Below are positions 48,673 to 62,751 of a stretch of 64,000 nucleotides of DNA, one piece after another. A program made the translations under genes and the position numbers. How positions within the stretch are numbered: position 1 is the first letter of the stretch; each line of letters starts with the position of its first letter. Under the pieces are notes generated by a model. It saw only the letters and a program-made list of their open reading frames with translations, searched no databases and was not told where the DNA came from. Source of the stretch: Vicugna vicugna (Eukaryota); contig MU060784.1 of NCBI GenBank assembly GCA_013265495.1, positions 3,968,001 through 4,032,000 of the forward strand, given 5' to 3'.

Positions 48673-48841
48673 TTTTTTCCCACTTTCATGCTTTCTTTCT
48701 TTTTTTAACTTTTTTTTATTGAGTTATAGTCATTTTACAATGTTGTGTCAGATTCCAGTGTAGAGCGCAACTTCTCAGTTATACATGAACATATATACAT
48801 TCATTGTCACATTTTCTTTTTCCGCTGTGAGCTACCACAAG
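48673..48841 (-). mobile_element. Short young L1 3' end, same subfamily as 32511-33895
   Basis: ttgagttatagtcattttacaatgttgtgtc...; TSD atagaatctttatttct / ataggatctttatttct (16/17). Confidence 0.85.
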
Positions 48842-48859
48842 ATAGGATCTTTATTTCTA

Positions 48860-49110
48860 AAAGCCGAAAACTGGAAACCACCCAGATGTCTTTTGAGAGG
48901 TGAACAGATAAAACAGTTTTGCACCCGTACAGTAGAATATTGAGCAATTAAAAGGAATGAAATACGTATACCTGCAACAATATAGATGAGTCTCAAAATC
49001 ATTATGTGGAGTCAGAGAGGCCGGACCAAAAAAGTTCATGCTATGTGATTCCATTTATATAAAAACTCAAAAATGCAAACTAATCTACAGACAAAAAGAT
49101 TAGCCATAAT
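48860..49110 (+). mobile_element. Old L1ME-like 3' fragment
   Basis: aaactggaaaccacccagatgtc...gatgagtctcaaaatcattatg...tatgtgattccatttatataaaa. Confidence 0.65.
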
Positions 49111-49986
49111 GTGTCTCTTTTTATTTTATATTCTTTCAGCAGCTACATTTACGTAGACAGATTTGTAAACTTTGTGTATCTGCTCTTAGATTGCAAACTT
49201 AAGGAGGGCTGTCAAGGAACTGTCTTTTTCAGGGCCTTTCTGTCTCCCCAGAATGCCTGGTTAAGGATTTTGTCTTTGATAGTTGCTAAATTGTTGCCCA
49301 AATGAGTATAGCATATGTCTCATCAAACTTTTTCCTCTTGGTGAATGCTGCTACTTGACAGTGGCCTCGTTTTCTTTCGGTCTGGATGAATGTTTTTGGT
49401 TCCTGAGCCTTCTTACTCTTCTTTGCATGTCGGCTTGATCCTACAAGTAGGTCAGGAGAAGCCTGATGGAAATTAGGTTAATGATTCTGCTGTACACTGG
49501 GACAAAAAAGAATAAGAAAAATCCAGACCTCCGAATTCTGCTTTTCTGTCACATCCCTGCGCAACCCTGCAGCTCTTCTGGAGGGACTTCCAGCTGCCCT
49601 GCTCTCCAGAAGCCCTAGGAGAGCACGCAGTGCTCAGGGTGTCCAGCCGAGGGAACCCAGCACAGTGCCTGCACCGCTGCCCGATCAGGTCAGAGGGGGC
49701 CGTTGCTGGTCTCCTGGTGCCTGTGCTGCTGCCTTGCCTGTACGTGAGTCTCCAGCCAGGGCGCCTCCTCCTTGTTAAAGGCAGCTAGTCCCCATCGAGC
49801 TCAGCCTCGCACCGCGTTCCTCACTTCAGATTAGTGTGACTGTCTCCACCTGACACAGGACTCAAGCTCCTCATGCACAATTGGATATGTGTTCTTCAGG
49901 CACAGAGGCTCATTTCCTGCTTACTTTATGGCAGTCATATATATATATTTTGGTTAAGAAAGCATTCAGTCATACGTTTATGATTA

Positions 49987-50205
49987 CAGTTGACCCTTGA
50001 ACAACATGAGTTTGAATTGCATAGGTCCACGTATAGGCAGATTTTTTTCAATGGCAAATACTTCAGCGCTTCACCACCACCTGTTCGTGGAAACCACAGA
50101 TACAGAGGAAATGCGTATACAAAGGGCCAAATATGTATAGATTTTCAGCTGTGCGAAGAGTCAGGACTCTTAACCGCCTCCCCTTCATTGTTCAAGAGTC
50201 AACTG
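49987..50205. mobile_element. Tigger2-derived MITE (MER8-like)
   Basis: 18-bp terminal inverted repeats cagttgacccttgaacaa / ttgttcaagagtcaactg (17/18), preceded by TA. Confidence 0.85.
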
Positions 50206-51714
50206 TGCTTATTATTTTATCTGTAGAGTGGCTAAAATAGTTCAAATTTAGTAAAGTGAGGAGCTTTCCTATAATATTTCCTAGCTAGAAGGTATTTCTG
50301 CAGGAAACTGTTCTTAAAATGCCTTGTCCAGGAATCCTTTCTTGACAGTGAGAGAGGAGTTGATCTTTTTGGCTGAGTGCCCTTCTGCAGGTGAACTTGC
50401 CCCAGCCATGATCGCCCCTCCTCTCCCCAGGGAACTAACTGAGCTGGCCACGTGGCTGATCCATACTGAAAATGCTTTATTGATTAACACCTGTGTTTCT
50501 GAGATCTTGTAACAGCTTCTTATCTCTCTCTGAAGGAAGTGAAGGGACAACAGCTCTTTGGCTATCGTCTTAATGGCTCTTCTCATATTTACTTGTCTAA
50601 TAGAACTGGTTGACAGTGTTTTAATTAAAAAAGTAAGGAATGATAGCACACGGTTGTACATTTTACATAAATCCAGGTCTGTGCCTGATGTCGTTTAAGG
50701 TTCGTCCCCCTAGATGCTGAGCGTTCTATATTGTAAGATCTTAAGAGGTTCAAGGTTGTATCTGTTTTGGCTTCTTATACAGCAGTTAGCATTAACCATG
50801 AATATACAGACCCTTGATGAATGCCTTGGAAAAGGACACTTAACAGTGAAATTAGAATATTCAGCAAAGGAATAAAAGTGAGACTAACTGAAGGGTGCCG
50901 ATGCTTTCTCCTGCATGTGTATGTGTTTGCGTGTGTGTTCACTAGCCATGTACTTGGGGTCCATAAAGCTTTAAGAATATTTTCTATAAATGCAAATGAA
51001 TGTACCTAGATTGGGGTTCCACTCAGGACCAGCCAGATGGAGCAGCTTATGGGAGTAAAGAGGTCGTATGTTGAACCTTGAGTGTTGTGAATACACCCAG
51101 GCAGAGAGGAGGGAAGAAACAAAGCAGGGATAAGGCCCCTGACAAAGCCAGGAATGCCAGGAAGATGTTTTGTATTGAAGTGTTTTGATAAGAACATGAG
51201 CAGAAAGGTCAGAGTGGGGTAGGTGGAAAACAGAGGAGCAATGAGATACAGAACAGGTGTGTTTGGCAGTTTAGGAGATAGTTCTAAAAATAAGTCTTAT
51301 GTGAGTTACATCTTTTATGCAGAGTTTGGTGGGTGCTGCCAGGGGGTGATGACAGGGGGTGAGAGGGACAGCTTCCTTGAAGGAGCCTACAAGCCCGTGT
51401 CTGCTTTTACATGTGCAGTAACGGAACGCTCCTTAAGCTATTCCAACCACAGCTTTCAGTCAGGGGTATTGGCCTCTTCTTTCCCCTTGGCAGCACAGTC
51501 AGCTGGGAGTGTTGTTTCTTCTGATTAGACCGTCATGTGGATAAATTGTAGTTCACTGGTTTCACTAGAGGTAGATCAGAACCGATAAGGAGTTTTTAGA
51601 ATTGGGTCAAAGTGGCTTTGGGGCCAATTTGCAACAGTCACAAAATATTTCTCAAAGTATGCCCAGTGCTTCTTTTTTTAATTTCTTTTTTTTTTAACAT
51701 ATAGGAGATACGCA

Positions 51715-51858
51715 TTTAAAAATGTCCAGAGTCCCAGACTCCATCCCAGCTGGACTCATCAAGTCATAGATCTGGGAACCTGGGAATCAGTACATTGAAA
51801 TCTTCCCCATCCGTCAATCCCAGGACTGAGTTGCACACTTAAGTTTGAGAAACAGTAG
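51715..51858. mobile_element. MER5-like fragment
   Basis: gatctgggaacctgggaatcagtacatt...cacacttaagtttgagaaacagt. Confidence 0.5.
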
Positions 51859-52189
51859 TAGGCAGTTGGTTCAGAAGGTCTTGTAGACTTTCAAGCCTTC
51901 TGTATTTAAAGAGCCCAGATTCCAAGGAGGAATCCTAGAGTGGGGCCAATGACTCTTCAGTGGTCTGTGGGAATTAAACAAGAGGGACTGTTTCTGCCAG
52001 CCCAAAGAGTACCTATCATCGTAGACATAGCTCAAGGTCACCTTTGAGACGGAGGCCTCCAAGCCCACCCAGGCTACAGAGCACGCTCCCTGTCACCTGC
52101 ATTCACAGAGTTTCCTTGTAAAACATTCTTCGCAGCTCATCTTACTCTGCCTGTGGTATCTCTTAGCTAAATCTTACACAGCTATTGAA

Positions 52190-52760
52190 CTACATTTTGG
52201 AAATCACAGTATAACTTACACAGAGTCATAGGCACATCCCTTAAATTTCGTATCGGTTAAATTTCATTCCATAACCATGTAATAACCACCTGCATCATTT
52301 GCAGCGCTCCAGAAAATTCCTTTGTGTCCACTGGTCATAGTTTTCTGAACACAGCCACTATTTAAACTTTATCACCATATAACCATTGCAGGCTAACTTT
52401 GAACTTCAGATACATGGAATCATGTAGAACGTCATCTTTGTGTGAGCCTCAGCAGTCTGTCTGTGATATTTCTCCATGTTGCGGAGAGTATTACTAATTT
52501 TTTCTTTTTTCGTTGCTGTGTTATATCCTACTGTGTGAATATGTTATAACTTTACTTGTCCTACTGTTAGTGAATATTTTGGTTGTTCCCAGTATTGGGC
52601 TAGCAGCATTCTTACACAAGTCTTTTAGTGTTCAAGACCATTCGTTGCTGCTGGAGATTTATTCAGGAGTGGGGCTGCTAGGTGGCACACACTGCTAAAC
52701 AAACTTTTTCCAAGGTGGTTGTACTCACATTCTTACCAGCTGTGTATGAGAGTCCCAACC
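52190..52760 (-). mobile_element. Old L1ME/MC-like fragment
   Basis: tttgaacttcagatacatggaatcatgtag...ttgctgtgttatatcctactgtgtgaatat...ccagctgtgtatgagagtccc. Confidence 0.6.
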
Positions 52761-53584
52761 TGTTTAACTTTTATATCTTGTCTCCCTGACATGGCTTTGG
52801 ACAGGAAAGCATGCATCCAGGTGCACGTGTTTTACGTTAGCCATAGAGTCTGTGGGTAGTAGGGGTGTGCTAAACACCAAAGGAATTAACGACCAGAAGC
52901 TCACTGAGAATCAGATTCTCCACACTGCAAAAAGACTACAAGAAACTGCAGGAAAATCAAGATCATCCAGACCTTGAGAAAGGGAACAATTTGACTCAAA
53001 CCTTCCATGCACTGTTTGAAAGTCTTACCGCACTCCTTACTGTTTAATATCAGGATATTGCTGAAAGGTGAACCGAACGACTGTCTGTAGACCTCTGAGC
53101 CAAAGAGCCTGTTTAAATAATAGAGTCTTGTGCAAACAGCAGTCTTTTTATTTGAGAATAATAAAACGGTTTTGTCGTCTTAGATGATCTAACAAATTTT
53201 CTAAGAAATAACTGTAGCTCTTTGTTCTAAACTCTTTCATGGGTTCAGTCCAGGGCCTGAAAATAACTTTTAGCTGGTTGTTGACCCTGGATGTGACATG
53301 CTTCTTTCGTGAAAGGCTGAGCAGCACAATGTGGTAAAAAGCCCACGATTTGAGTTTAAATATCACCTTTGATGCACCCTGGCTATGTGATCCTGATCAG
53401 GTGTTCATCTTTCTGGGCTCGTTTGCTCATCTCGGCAGTGACAATGTCTACTTCTCTCCAGGTTGTGAGGATGGTGCTCGGGAAAAACACGAGTCCAGAG
53501 ATGTCGTGTAGGTAGGATATAAAAAATGTCAGCCTCTCTTTCCTTTGATTTCTTTTTTTAATTGATTTTTTCCCCAGCTTTATT

Positions 53585-54320
53585 GAGATATAATTGACAT
53601 ATAACACAGTATAAGTTTAAGATGTATAACATATTGATTTGATACACTTATACATTGCAAATGATTACCACCAGTAGTGTTAGCTAACAGCTGCATCACG
53701 TCATACAATCACCATTTCTTTTTTGTGGTGAGAATACTTAAGATCTCCTCTTTTTGCAACTTTCAAGTGTATAGTATGGATTATTAACTGTAATCACCAT
53801 TGTATATTAGATCGCTGGAACTTATTCATTTTATAGCTGAAAGTTGGTACCCTTTGACCAATATCTCTACTCCTCCCCCATCTCCCAGCCTCCAGCCCCC
53901 TGGAAACCACCAGTCTACTCTCTGTTTCTATGCATTCGACTTTTTCAGATTCCACATAATAAGTGATATCATACAGTATTTTTCTTTCTCTATCTGGCTT
54001 ATTTCACTTAGCATAATGCCCTCGAGGTCCATCCATATTGTTGGAAACGGCAGGATNNNNNNNNNNNNNNNNNNNNNNNNNNNNNNNNNNNNNNNNNNNN
54101 NNNNNNNNNNNNNNNNNNNNNNNNNNNNNNNNNNNNNNNNNNNNNNNNNNNNNNNNNNNNNNNNNNNNNNNNNNNNNNNNNNNNNNNNNNNNNNNNNNNN
54201 NNNNNNNNNNNNNNNNNNNNNNNNNNNTTTCATTTCCCAGAAGTGGATGTGCTGGATCATACAGTATTTCTATTTTTAAGTTTTTGAGGAATCTCCATAC
54301 TGTTTTCCACAGTGGCTTCC
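53585..54320 (-). mobile_element. L1MA9-like 3' end with an internal N run
   Basis: ORF2 C-terminal remnants (IWMDLEGIMLSEISQIEKEKYCMISL; WKTVWRFLKNLKIEILYDPA). Confidence 0.85.
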
Positions 54321-54354
54321 CTTCCATTCCTTGGTGGCAGTGTGATGGTTGGTG

Positions 54355-54580
54355 TTGACACTGGCTTTGGAGTCTGACCTAGATGGGAACCTGGAACCTG
54401 GCTCTGCCATCAACTAGCTGTTTGACTTGGGAAATTACTTAACCTTAGTAAGCCTCAGGTTCATTCGTAAGGTGACAATGCTATACTGCCCACTTTATAG
54501 GGTTGTAGAAGGACTAAACAAAGTAACCTGTTTAGTTATGTGTAAAGCGGCCTACTTAGTGGCTGGGGCTCAAAAATAGC
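54355..54580 (+). mobile_element. MIR
   Basis: cctggctctgccatcaactagctgtttgacttgggaaattacttaacc. Confidence 0.75.
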
Positions 54581-55026
54581 TCGATATATTTGTTTCTTTT
54601 CCCATTCTAAGATTTCTCCCACAACAGAATTCTGACTCTTAAGATTTTGAATTTCCCAGAATCTTTACTTGAAAGGTCCAAGTTGCAGGGTGCAGTGATA
54701 TGAAAGATTTGTAGTTGCCCACTTATTTGAAGCAGAATGTGCAAGACTTGGATTTTGGGGGCAGAAACTCTATCTTTTATGGTTCAGTAAATGAATGATA
54801 CTATTTACCTGAGTGTTTTGGTTTTATGAATGATCATGCAGTAGCTAATGTATAATCACTAGCTTTTCAGTTTGTATTTGTTGTACAGACTTAGTTAAAA
54901 CAGCACATTGCCACCTGCCCCCCTCCAAAAAAGAGAATTCAGAAATCTTGCCAGTGAACTCAACTTCATAATGGCCAAAGCGGAGGTACGCTGAAATTCA
55001 AGAGGATACGGGTGAAGACTCTTAGG

Positions 55027-55500
55027 TCAGTGGTTCTCCCTGGGGGCATTTTTGAAATCTGCAGAGGTGTTACTGCAAAGCTCCGTTAGTGTGTAGTGAG
55101 CAGAGCCCGAGGCTGCAGCACGCCCCACATGTCCTGCCGCACACCTTTCCCCCTTCCCCTGTGTTTCCCACTCACCTTTCAAACGTCTTGATCTTCAAGG
55201 CCCTCTGTTTCCTTATTACTGGTTTCAGATATGAAGTTAAGAGGTAAGTGTGTGTTACAATAAATTTTAGTATGCACCAGTACCTTCTTCATTTTCCTGT
55301 TTTTCCCATGCAGAATGGCTTCTGATCTTTCCTCAAAAGCAAACATTCATAAAGAGCAGAGGCATACACCGGACGATTTCTTAATGTTTTCTGCTATGCT
55401 GTCCTGCACTGACATACTGAAACACAGATTATTTCATTATAAATTACTTTACTTCCAGCTATCCTTTCTATTATAGTTAGGGTAGTATAGTTATCTTTTG
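55027..55500. mobile_element. Probable hAT-Charlie DNA transposon remnant
   Basis: Starts cagtggttctcc...gggggcatttttgaaatc, a MER20B/Charlie-like terminus; the extent is uncertain. Confidence 0.35.
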
Positions 55501-55563
55501 AAATAGTATATATATATATACTATTTATTATACAGTGTATATATATATATATATATATACACT
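55501..55563. repeat. Two adjacent perfect palindromes built on (TA)n
   Basis: aaatag(TA)7ctattt (55501-55526, 26 bp) and agtg(TA)11cact (55534-55563, 30 bp). Confidence 0.9.
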
Positions 55564-58149
55564 ATTTGTTATATGTTATATGATTTATTAGTACAGTACA
55601 GGGTGTACAGGGATTAGTACAGTGATGGCCTGGTTGGATTAATTCTCCACAAGTCCTCCGGAGATTTTTCTACTTGATCAGTTTTGCAGTTTCTACCCCT
55701 CTTTAGTGCAACATTTCTACATTACAGAAAGTCATACTAGGGCTAAAAAATGAGAGAAAGAAATGAGTGGGCAGAGACTCTGCACTGTGCCCTGGTTTTT
55801 CTCCTGCTGTGTACTTAGGATTCTTACAGGTGGTGAAACATTGTTGCTGTTAAAGGGCAGAGGCAGGAGGCATTTAATTTCCAGAGGGACTGACCCTCAC
55901 TCCCTTCTCTTTTGTCCTTCTTACTAAAACATGCTTGCTCTCTGATTACCTTAAATCACACACCTCCCTCCTTGGAGACGTTCCTGATCTCATACTGATC
56001 TTTTTAGCTTCATCTGCCTAGGATTTTTGCTCCACTTTCTGTTGGATTAAATGGACCCCCTCCATTTCCAGACCTTTTCCTCACTGTCCCTTTCTCTCCC
56101 CCCATCCCCTCACCTACTCATCTGGTAAGCACATACAGGTGTACAGTAGGTATGGGGTTTACCAGCAGATCCCAGCTGAGCAGGAGAGAGTCTCAGCCTA
56201 CAGAAAGCCACATGGCAGGGGATGACCTAGAGAAGCTCAGGTCCCAGAGCAAATCCTACAAACGGGGCTGCCCCTCTTTGGTGCCAGTTTGCTCTAAAGG
56301 TAGAACTAGTGAAAGATATGAGTGGAAACAATTTTGGGAATCAAAGGAAGACTCTCTTTCCAAAGCTTTGGGATTATTTCAAAAGCCTGATTTATTCATA
56401 CCATACTGAGTTGAGTGGGAACAAAAAAACCCCCTTATGTCTTGTGTTTTTGTTAAGGGTGAGTGCAACGTATGAACTAATCATAGTGTAAAGATGATAT
56501 AGTGGTGAGAATGCAGGCTGGTTCAGATTTTGGACTCACTACTCTCTAGTTGTTTCATTTTGGGAAGTTACAAACTTCTCTATGCTTCAGTTCCCTCATC
56601 TGTATAATGGGTATAATAACAATGCCCACCTCAGGGTGATAGGTAAAGGTTTAGATCTTTGTCTGACACATGTAATAATTTATATGTTATAATTATGTAA
56701 TTGTAATTTATGAAGTATTTTCACATCTTCTGATCCTCTAGAGAGGCCTTATTTTTTATTATTGATTTTACAACCTACATTAAAGAATAATGGTGTTATT
56801 TACGCATTTCATTCTGTTATATTTTGGAAAACAAGATTACATTTGTGGCACATTCGAATTCATGTAATAATAAGTTACTCTATAATGGAAGTCTACAACA
56901 CTGGCTTTCCCCGAATTTTTACTCCAGGGAGCACTATTACCACAAGATGGTCTCCAATAAATATGTTAAAATATAATTCAGTTAAAGCACACAATATGCC
57001 ATTCTTGGAGACTCACAATGCACATGAATAAGTCAAAGGCTTGTAGAAGTCCTTCAAAGAAACCCGTCTAACTTAAAAAAAAAATTATCTCAATACAAGT
57101 TTTCTACACAATAGAGCCAGAGTCGAAGTTTGTATCCTAAGGATTTACCAGGAGGTGAAACCCTAGGGCAGCAAGAGTGAGGCAAAAAACGAAATGAGAC
57201 AGAGAGAGGAAGGCAAATGCTGGAAGGTGCATTACTGAGCTGATCACAGGTTCGTGAGAAGGAGCATCTTAGGACCAGGTGAGGGCTGTGTCTTCCAGAC
57301 AGACGGTGCGGAACCACCACATTTTGGAATCGTCTGGAGTCGTTTCCCACTATTCAAGGCTTGCCCATGAAGCGTTAATGTCACTGAGCTTAGAGACTGT
57401 GTTACCTGTCCTCTCTTGGGCAGCTGCTGGCTTAGGCTGAACCTATACTTCATAACACAGTATGGGATCAGCCTAATAACACAGTTGGCTGGATCTGGGC
57501 ACTAGACCCCTGTGATGCCTCTGCAGAGTACATAGTGGTGGCTTTGTTAAAGCCTTGTCCTCACTCCAGGGGAGGCTGAGACAGCCTTCAGTGCTGTGTT
57601 AGGAGATGATGCCATGGTGGCTGTTGGCCTGGGAGAAGGGCGTGGGGACAAGTAAATCTGGAGTGGCACATAAACTGGGTCCTGTATACCTATCTTCGCA
57701 AACTTCAATGATGTAAATCTCACTCCCTTTCCCTTTCCCCTTTTAAAATGACTTCTATTATTATCCCATAAAGTTAACGTCCCGAGGTATAAATTATGGA
57801 GATGTTGTATATGATTGACTATCAGTAACATGATAGCGAATTGATAAGACTGAATTCCATAGCTTTTGAAGATGATTGTAGGTATAGTGATGCTTGTAAT
57901 GTTAGAGCCCTGTGTTTCAATGAGGATGGTCCGTTTGAAGTTTGGGACAACAGCCATACTGCGTTAGAATCGTAGTTCTTCACATACAGTATTCCTGTGC
58001 AAAGGGATGGTCCTCGGTAATGCGCTTGGGAGCATTTGTGTTCCTCCCTAGTGTCAGTCTCCTCTCTTTCCCCCAACCCTCAGTTGTCATTTAGCTTCTG
58101 ACTGTGTTTTAGATTTTTTAAAAAATCTGTAGATATTTAAAAAGAATTT

Positions 58150-59460
58150 AAGAAGCTTTTATTAAAATATTTCATTTTGAGACTATTTTAAACTTACAAA
58201 AAAAATTGTACAAATTCCCATATATCCTTCATCCTTCCCCCACTGACCCCCTTCAAGTTTTGCCAGTCGTCCCAGTAATGCTCTCGACAGCAGAAAGGTC
58301 CAGGTCTGAAGTGTGTGCTTCTCTTAGCTGTCATGCCCTTCTAGTCTCCTTCAGTCTGAGAACTTCCTCAGTCTTTCCATGACTTTCATGATCTTTATAT
58401 TTTTAAAGATTATAAGCCAGTCATTTTGTAAAATATCACTCAATTTGGTCTGTTCAGTGTTTCCTTGTTTAGACCCAGTTTATGTATTTTCGGCTGGAAT
58501 ATCACAGAAGTGAGTCTGTGTTCTTTGTATTGTACCAACGTGTTGCACTCGGTGTTGACTTGCTCCATTACTGGTGGCATTAAGTTTGATCACTTGGTGA
58601 AGATGGCGCCTACCAGGTTTCTCCACTGTAAATTTCCTTCCCCCCACCCCTTTGCAATGAATAAATATTTTGTGGACAGATACTTTAAGGCTGTAAAACC
58701 CATTCCTCATCCCCCTTTCACCCACTAGTTTTAGAATGTTTCTTGCCTCAGTTGTCACTATTGTGGCTGCCAAATGGCGATTTTGTAGTTCCAGCGTTCT
58801 TTCTGTATTTATTAGTTGACATTTGACCATAAGGAAAAATCTTTCTTTTCTCTCTGTTTCTTTTTTTTTTCATTTGTTTATGAGTGTGGACTTCTGGCTT
58901 CCAGTTTATTCAGTGGGTCATAATGCATTACTGTCATTATTTATTTTAATGCTCAAATTGTCCCAGACTTGATTAGAGGGAGGCCTTTCATACTGACTTG
59001 TGTGACCTTTTGACATACCCCTGTCATTCTTTGAGCACTTCCTTACCTACCCCACACGACCGATCTTCCAGGTTCATCTTGTTATTTCCCTGCCCTAGTC
59101 TTAGACTCAGCCATTTCTCCAAGGAGCCCTCATTTCTTTTAGTGGAGAGTGGTACTTAGAAATCCACATCTGAACAGTAGGTATGCTCATTGTTACCAAG
59201 ATGTGACTGTACCCAGGCCCTCTCAGGAGACGGAACTAGGAAATATATGTGTGTATAAACACATATGCCTGCACTTACACTTGTACTTATGTCTTCATCT
59301 CTATCTAAAAATAATTTACACTGGCACCTTCAATTCCAGTCAAACACCACAGGGTTCATTCTAGCTTTTCCCTTTCCAAATTTGTACCTACGTTCTCTCT
59401 CCGTTTGTAATAAATCTGATTCCCATTATCTTTAATACATTTATTTATTGAATCTCTCTG
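58150..59460 (-). mobile_element. Old L1 (L1MC4/ME-like) 3' region
   Basis: ccagtcattttgtaaaatatcactcaatttgg...gatcacttggtgaagatgg...ctccaaggagccc...agtggagagtggtacttagaa. Confidence 0.7.
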
Positions 59461-60759
59461 AATGTAGCTGATCTTCTGGCTACTGTAGGGCTATCACCCG
59501 GCTTGGACATCCCTCATGCAGGCCCCAAGCTGCACCCTGTTCAGAGTCCCTCCCTACAGAAGGCTGGATGGCAATCTTAAAACTTAGTTATAACCTAGGC
59601 TTTCTTAGTAGCTATTTCTGGCTTGGTCATTCATAAATTTTTCCAAATTCTTTGGGGCTTAAATTCATATTCCCCATTTCTACTACTTTCTTGGTGTAAT
59701 GAGTTCCACAAGTCTAATTCTTTACTTTGTGAAATAATTATTTCCTCTTATTTCCTAAATTAAGTTTCTCAAATTTTAAAAAGTGGTCTTGAGTCCTTAT
59801 GTTTCAGTATTTGGTGAACACATTTCCAGTAGTTCAAGTTTAGCCCCAAGCTCAACAACCATAGGACTCAGCAGGATTTGTGCATCTCTTATCCATGTGG
59901 CTCATGGTTTTATGTATTTTGGTCATGGCCTCTTTGAATTCGTGACCAGTTAAATCTTCATGGACAGCATTTGTCTTTTACCTCTTTCTTCATTGCTTTT
60001 CAAAAAAATGTCCTGGTTCCATTACATGATCTCTGGTATCTGATTATCAGAATTTTATATGCTGTTCAGCTGTTTTACATGGTTTTAAATTAGGGCGGAA
60101 CCTAATATTTTGGCTTTGACTATTCTTGTTTGTCCTCGGGCCACTGCTGATGGTTCCTTGTTGAGGGGAGCCTGGATGCAGGGGGCTGGAGCTCAGGAGG
60201 GATAATTATCTCGAGTGATTCGCAAGAGGAAACCCAGAGGATAAGTGGCATTACTGTCTCAAGAACAAAGGGGCCAAATAGGATGCAGGACGAGGAGAAA
60301 AAAGCCCTCCAAGCAATTGCCGTAAATAGGGCTGTGGAATGTGACATAGTTTTTAGGAGCATTGGCCTCTTGGCTTAAAGACAAGGGTGAAAGCAGATAA
60401 TAGCAGAACATGGAATCAGTGCTGTGTAGGAATAAACTACAGTACATGTGAGGTCCTATCCCAAAGTTCTCCAGAACCCTTCACTCTATAAGTATATTTT
60501 AAATAATTTCAAGTTTTTACTTAACACACATTTATTATTCTTTTTGTTCCTCCCTGGGACTTATAACACCAGCTTTTGACCTACATTTCCTGTCTCATCA
60601 GGTGCTTCTTTATCTGAAGTCTCTGGCAGCCCCATTTCCAGACTCATTCTTGATCCAGGACAGGACTTATTAACAGCTGTGATGCCAACACTTGGCAGGA
60701 CTTAGAATTAAATTCTCCTTCCAGACTTGGGAACCCAGGGCTTGGTTGACACTGAGAGT

Positions 60760-60960
60760 CACTGTGCTGCAGTAGGAGGCACTTTGGGTTTAGAGTCCAG
60801 CCTCCAGTGTTTACTTTATCACTTACTAGTTGTATGTCTGTAAAACTTGCTCAAATCAGAATTCACTTTCCTTCCCTATGAAATGGAGGTAATATTCTGT
60901 GTATAGGATTAATTTTCAGAACCTGTATGTAAAGTGTCTGACCCACAGATGCTGAGGAAA
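60760..60960 (+). mobile_element. MIR
   Basis: atcacttactagttgtatg...ttcccctatgaaatggaggtaata. Confidence 0.55.
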
Positions 60961-62751
60961 CAGTAGCTGTCTCTCTGAGCAGGACTACTGCTGGACTCCA
61001 TACTGCTTCTTGAGTCGCGCTGTTTATGAAACATCCCTGGCCTACTCTGGGAGTGACCACCAGATGCTTGCTAACTCTGAGGAATAGCTGTTTTTTTCCC
61101 ATTCCATAGGACTGGTTCTTGGCCTAGAGATTTCACACTCAGCACTTACTTATCCCTTATTCCAGTCTGCCTTTCTGCATGGCAGAGGCGAGGAAGCTTG
61201 CTGGGGTTCTAAATGAGACTCCATGTCCACCAGTGAGATACACTTGCATGATATTTGGAACACTGCTTGGCTATTTTCTATTGGAAATCAGGATGGAGGA
61301 GATGTTGGCTTTTTCTGTAGCATTGGTCCTATCACCTGACCTCCTGGTATGAAGGTCAAGAGGTGACTTAGAGTGACAGTTGCAGTAGTTCTGTACTGAT
61401 TGTACTGACTGGAGCAGCATTCCACTGCTTACTTCCTAGCTTTGTGGGGTTAAGAGCCTGGGGTGGAGGTGGTAGAGCTCCTTGATTCCACATCTTCCTC
61501 ACTGTTGGCAGAGGGAGGTGCTCCTCTGGCAGGCTAATTTGGCAGTATTTTGCCTGGAGTCATTCCTGGAGTCTCAGCCTCAAGGCTGCTCCTCCAGCTT
61601 TCCAGTGAGATTCCAGGCAAAAGTTTCCTGTGTTGAATCCCTTTTTCCTGAAATAGCTAGAATGGCTTTGTTTCCTTCAGCTGAACCCTGCCAGATATAA
61701 CTCCTACTCTCTAATTCTATCTGGGTTTTCTTGGCCGCAGGCTCAGGCCCACAACTGCAGGGCCTGGTACCTGGTCTTCCTCTTTTGAGACTTGCTCTCT
61801 GGAACTGGGGTCTTGACTCAGACCTGTCCTGCAGCCACGGACGGATATTCTGATTGGCACCTGCTCGCCTGACTGAGCCCCAGCTTTTACTGCTGCTGGA
61901 GTTCCCTGCTGGGCTCCACCTGTATGAGTGGACTACTCAGTGCAAGCTGCTGCTTGAGGGCTCCTGAACTTGGTATTGCCTTTGAGCTCCGTGCCTGGAT
62001 CTCCTGCCTGCCTGCCTTAATAGCCCCTCGGTTCTCATAGCCCCCGACTCAGGTCTTGAGCTGAGTCCACCCTCGTGGTTTGTTCTCTGTGGCTGAGAAG
62101 GATTTGGGGCACCATATACCCTAAGTCTGATCACAGATTTTCCATTGGGTCTGGCCATGACTCTTTACCTGGAAGAGTTTAGAGTCAGCCACCGATTTCT
62201 GACACCTCCAGGTGCTCCTTTTAGATCACATATGAAAGTAGTAACTTTACAGATTACTTGCAAAAATGGTAAAACCTCTATTGTTTAAATGTTTCCAGTT
62301 AGAGAAGGTTAAATCTGCCCTTGAAGTAGTTCTCTGTTGTAAGGAAGAAGTTGAATGGTGTTGTGTTTTTAAAGGTTTCTGCTGAAGTCATTGCATATTT
62401 TTACCTACACTGTGGCTGATAAAAGAACAAACATGTTTCCCATCCTCAAGGTCTGAATAATTTTCAGACTGATTGAATTAATATAACAGTATAATTTAAG
62501 TCAGAACAATAAGTATGTTAGACAGTGCTATGCTGTAATTTTCCTATAACCAATGGCTAAATATATTTTTTTTATCACAGGTAAGTAAATACAATAGTCC
62601 CATTGTTAAAGGTGATATAAAACCATTATAATCAGCTAGAATTCGTGGTAGAATTTCTAAGAAGTATTTCATTTTACAATGGCCAGATATAAAACACATA
62701 TAAATTTGAAATGGTAAGATCTTCACCCCCACTCAGGCTAAAATTTATATC

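Noticed and set aside
49575-49612. Hairpin cttctggag...ctccagaag in a GC-rich patch as a pre-miRNA
   Set aside because: The stem is only 9-11 bp with a large loop, far too short. The patch may be an old LTR remnant.
52672-52690. Third CTCF-like motif GGGCTGCTAGGTGGCACAC
   Set aside because: It mismatches the near-invariant C at core position 5 and lies within an old L1 fragment.
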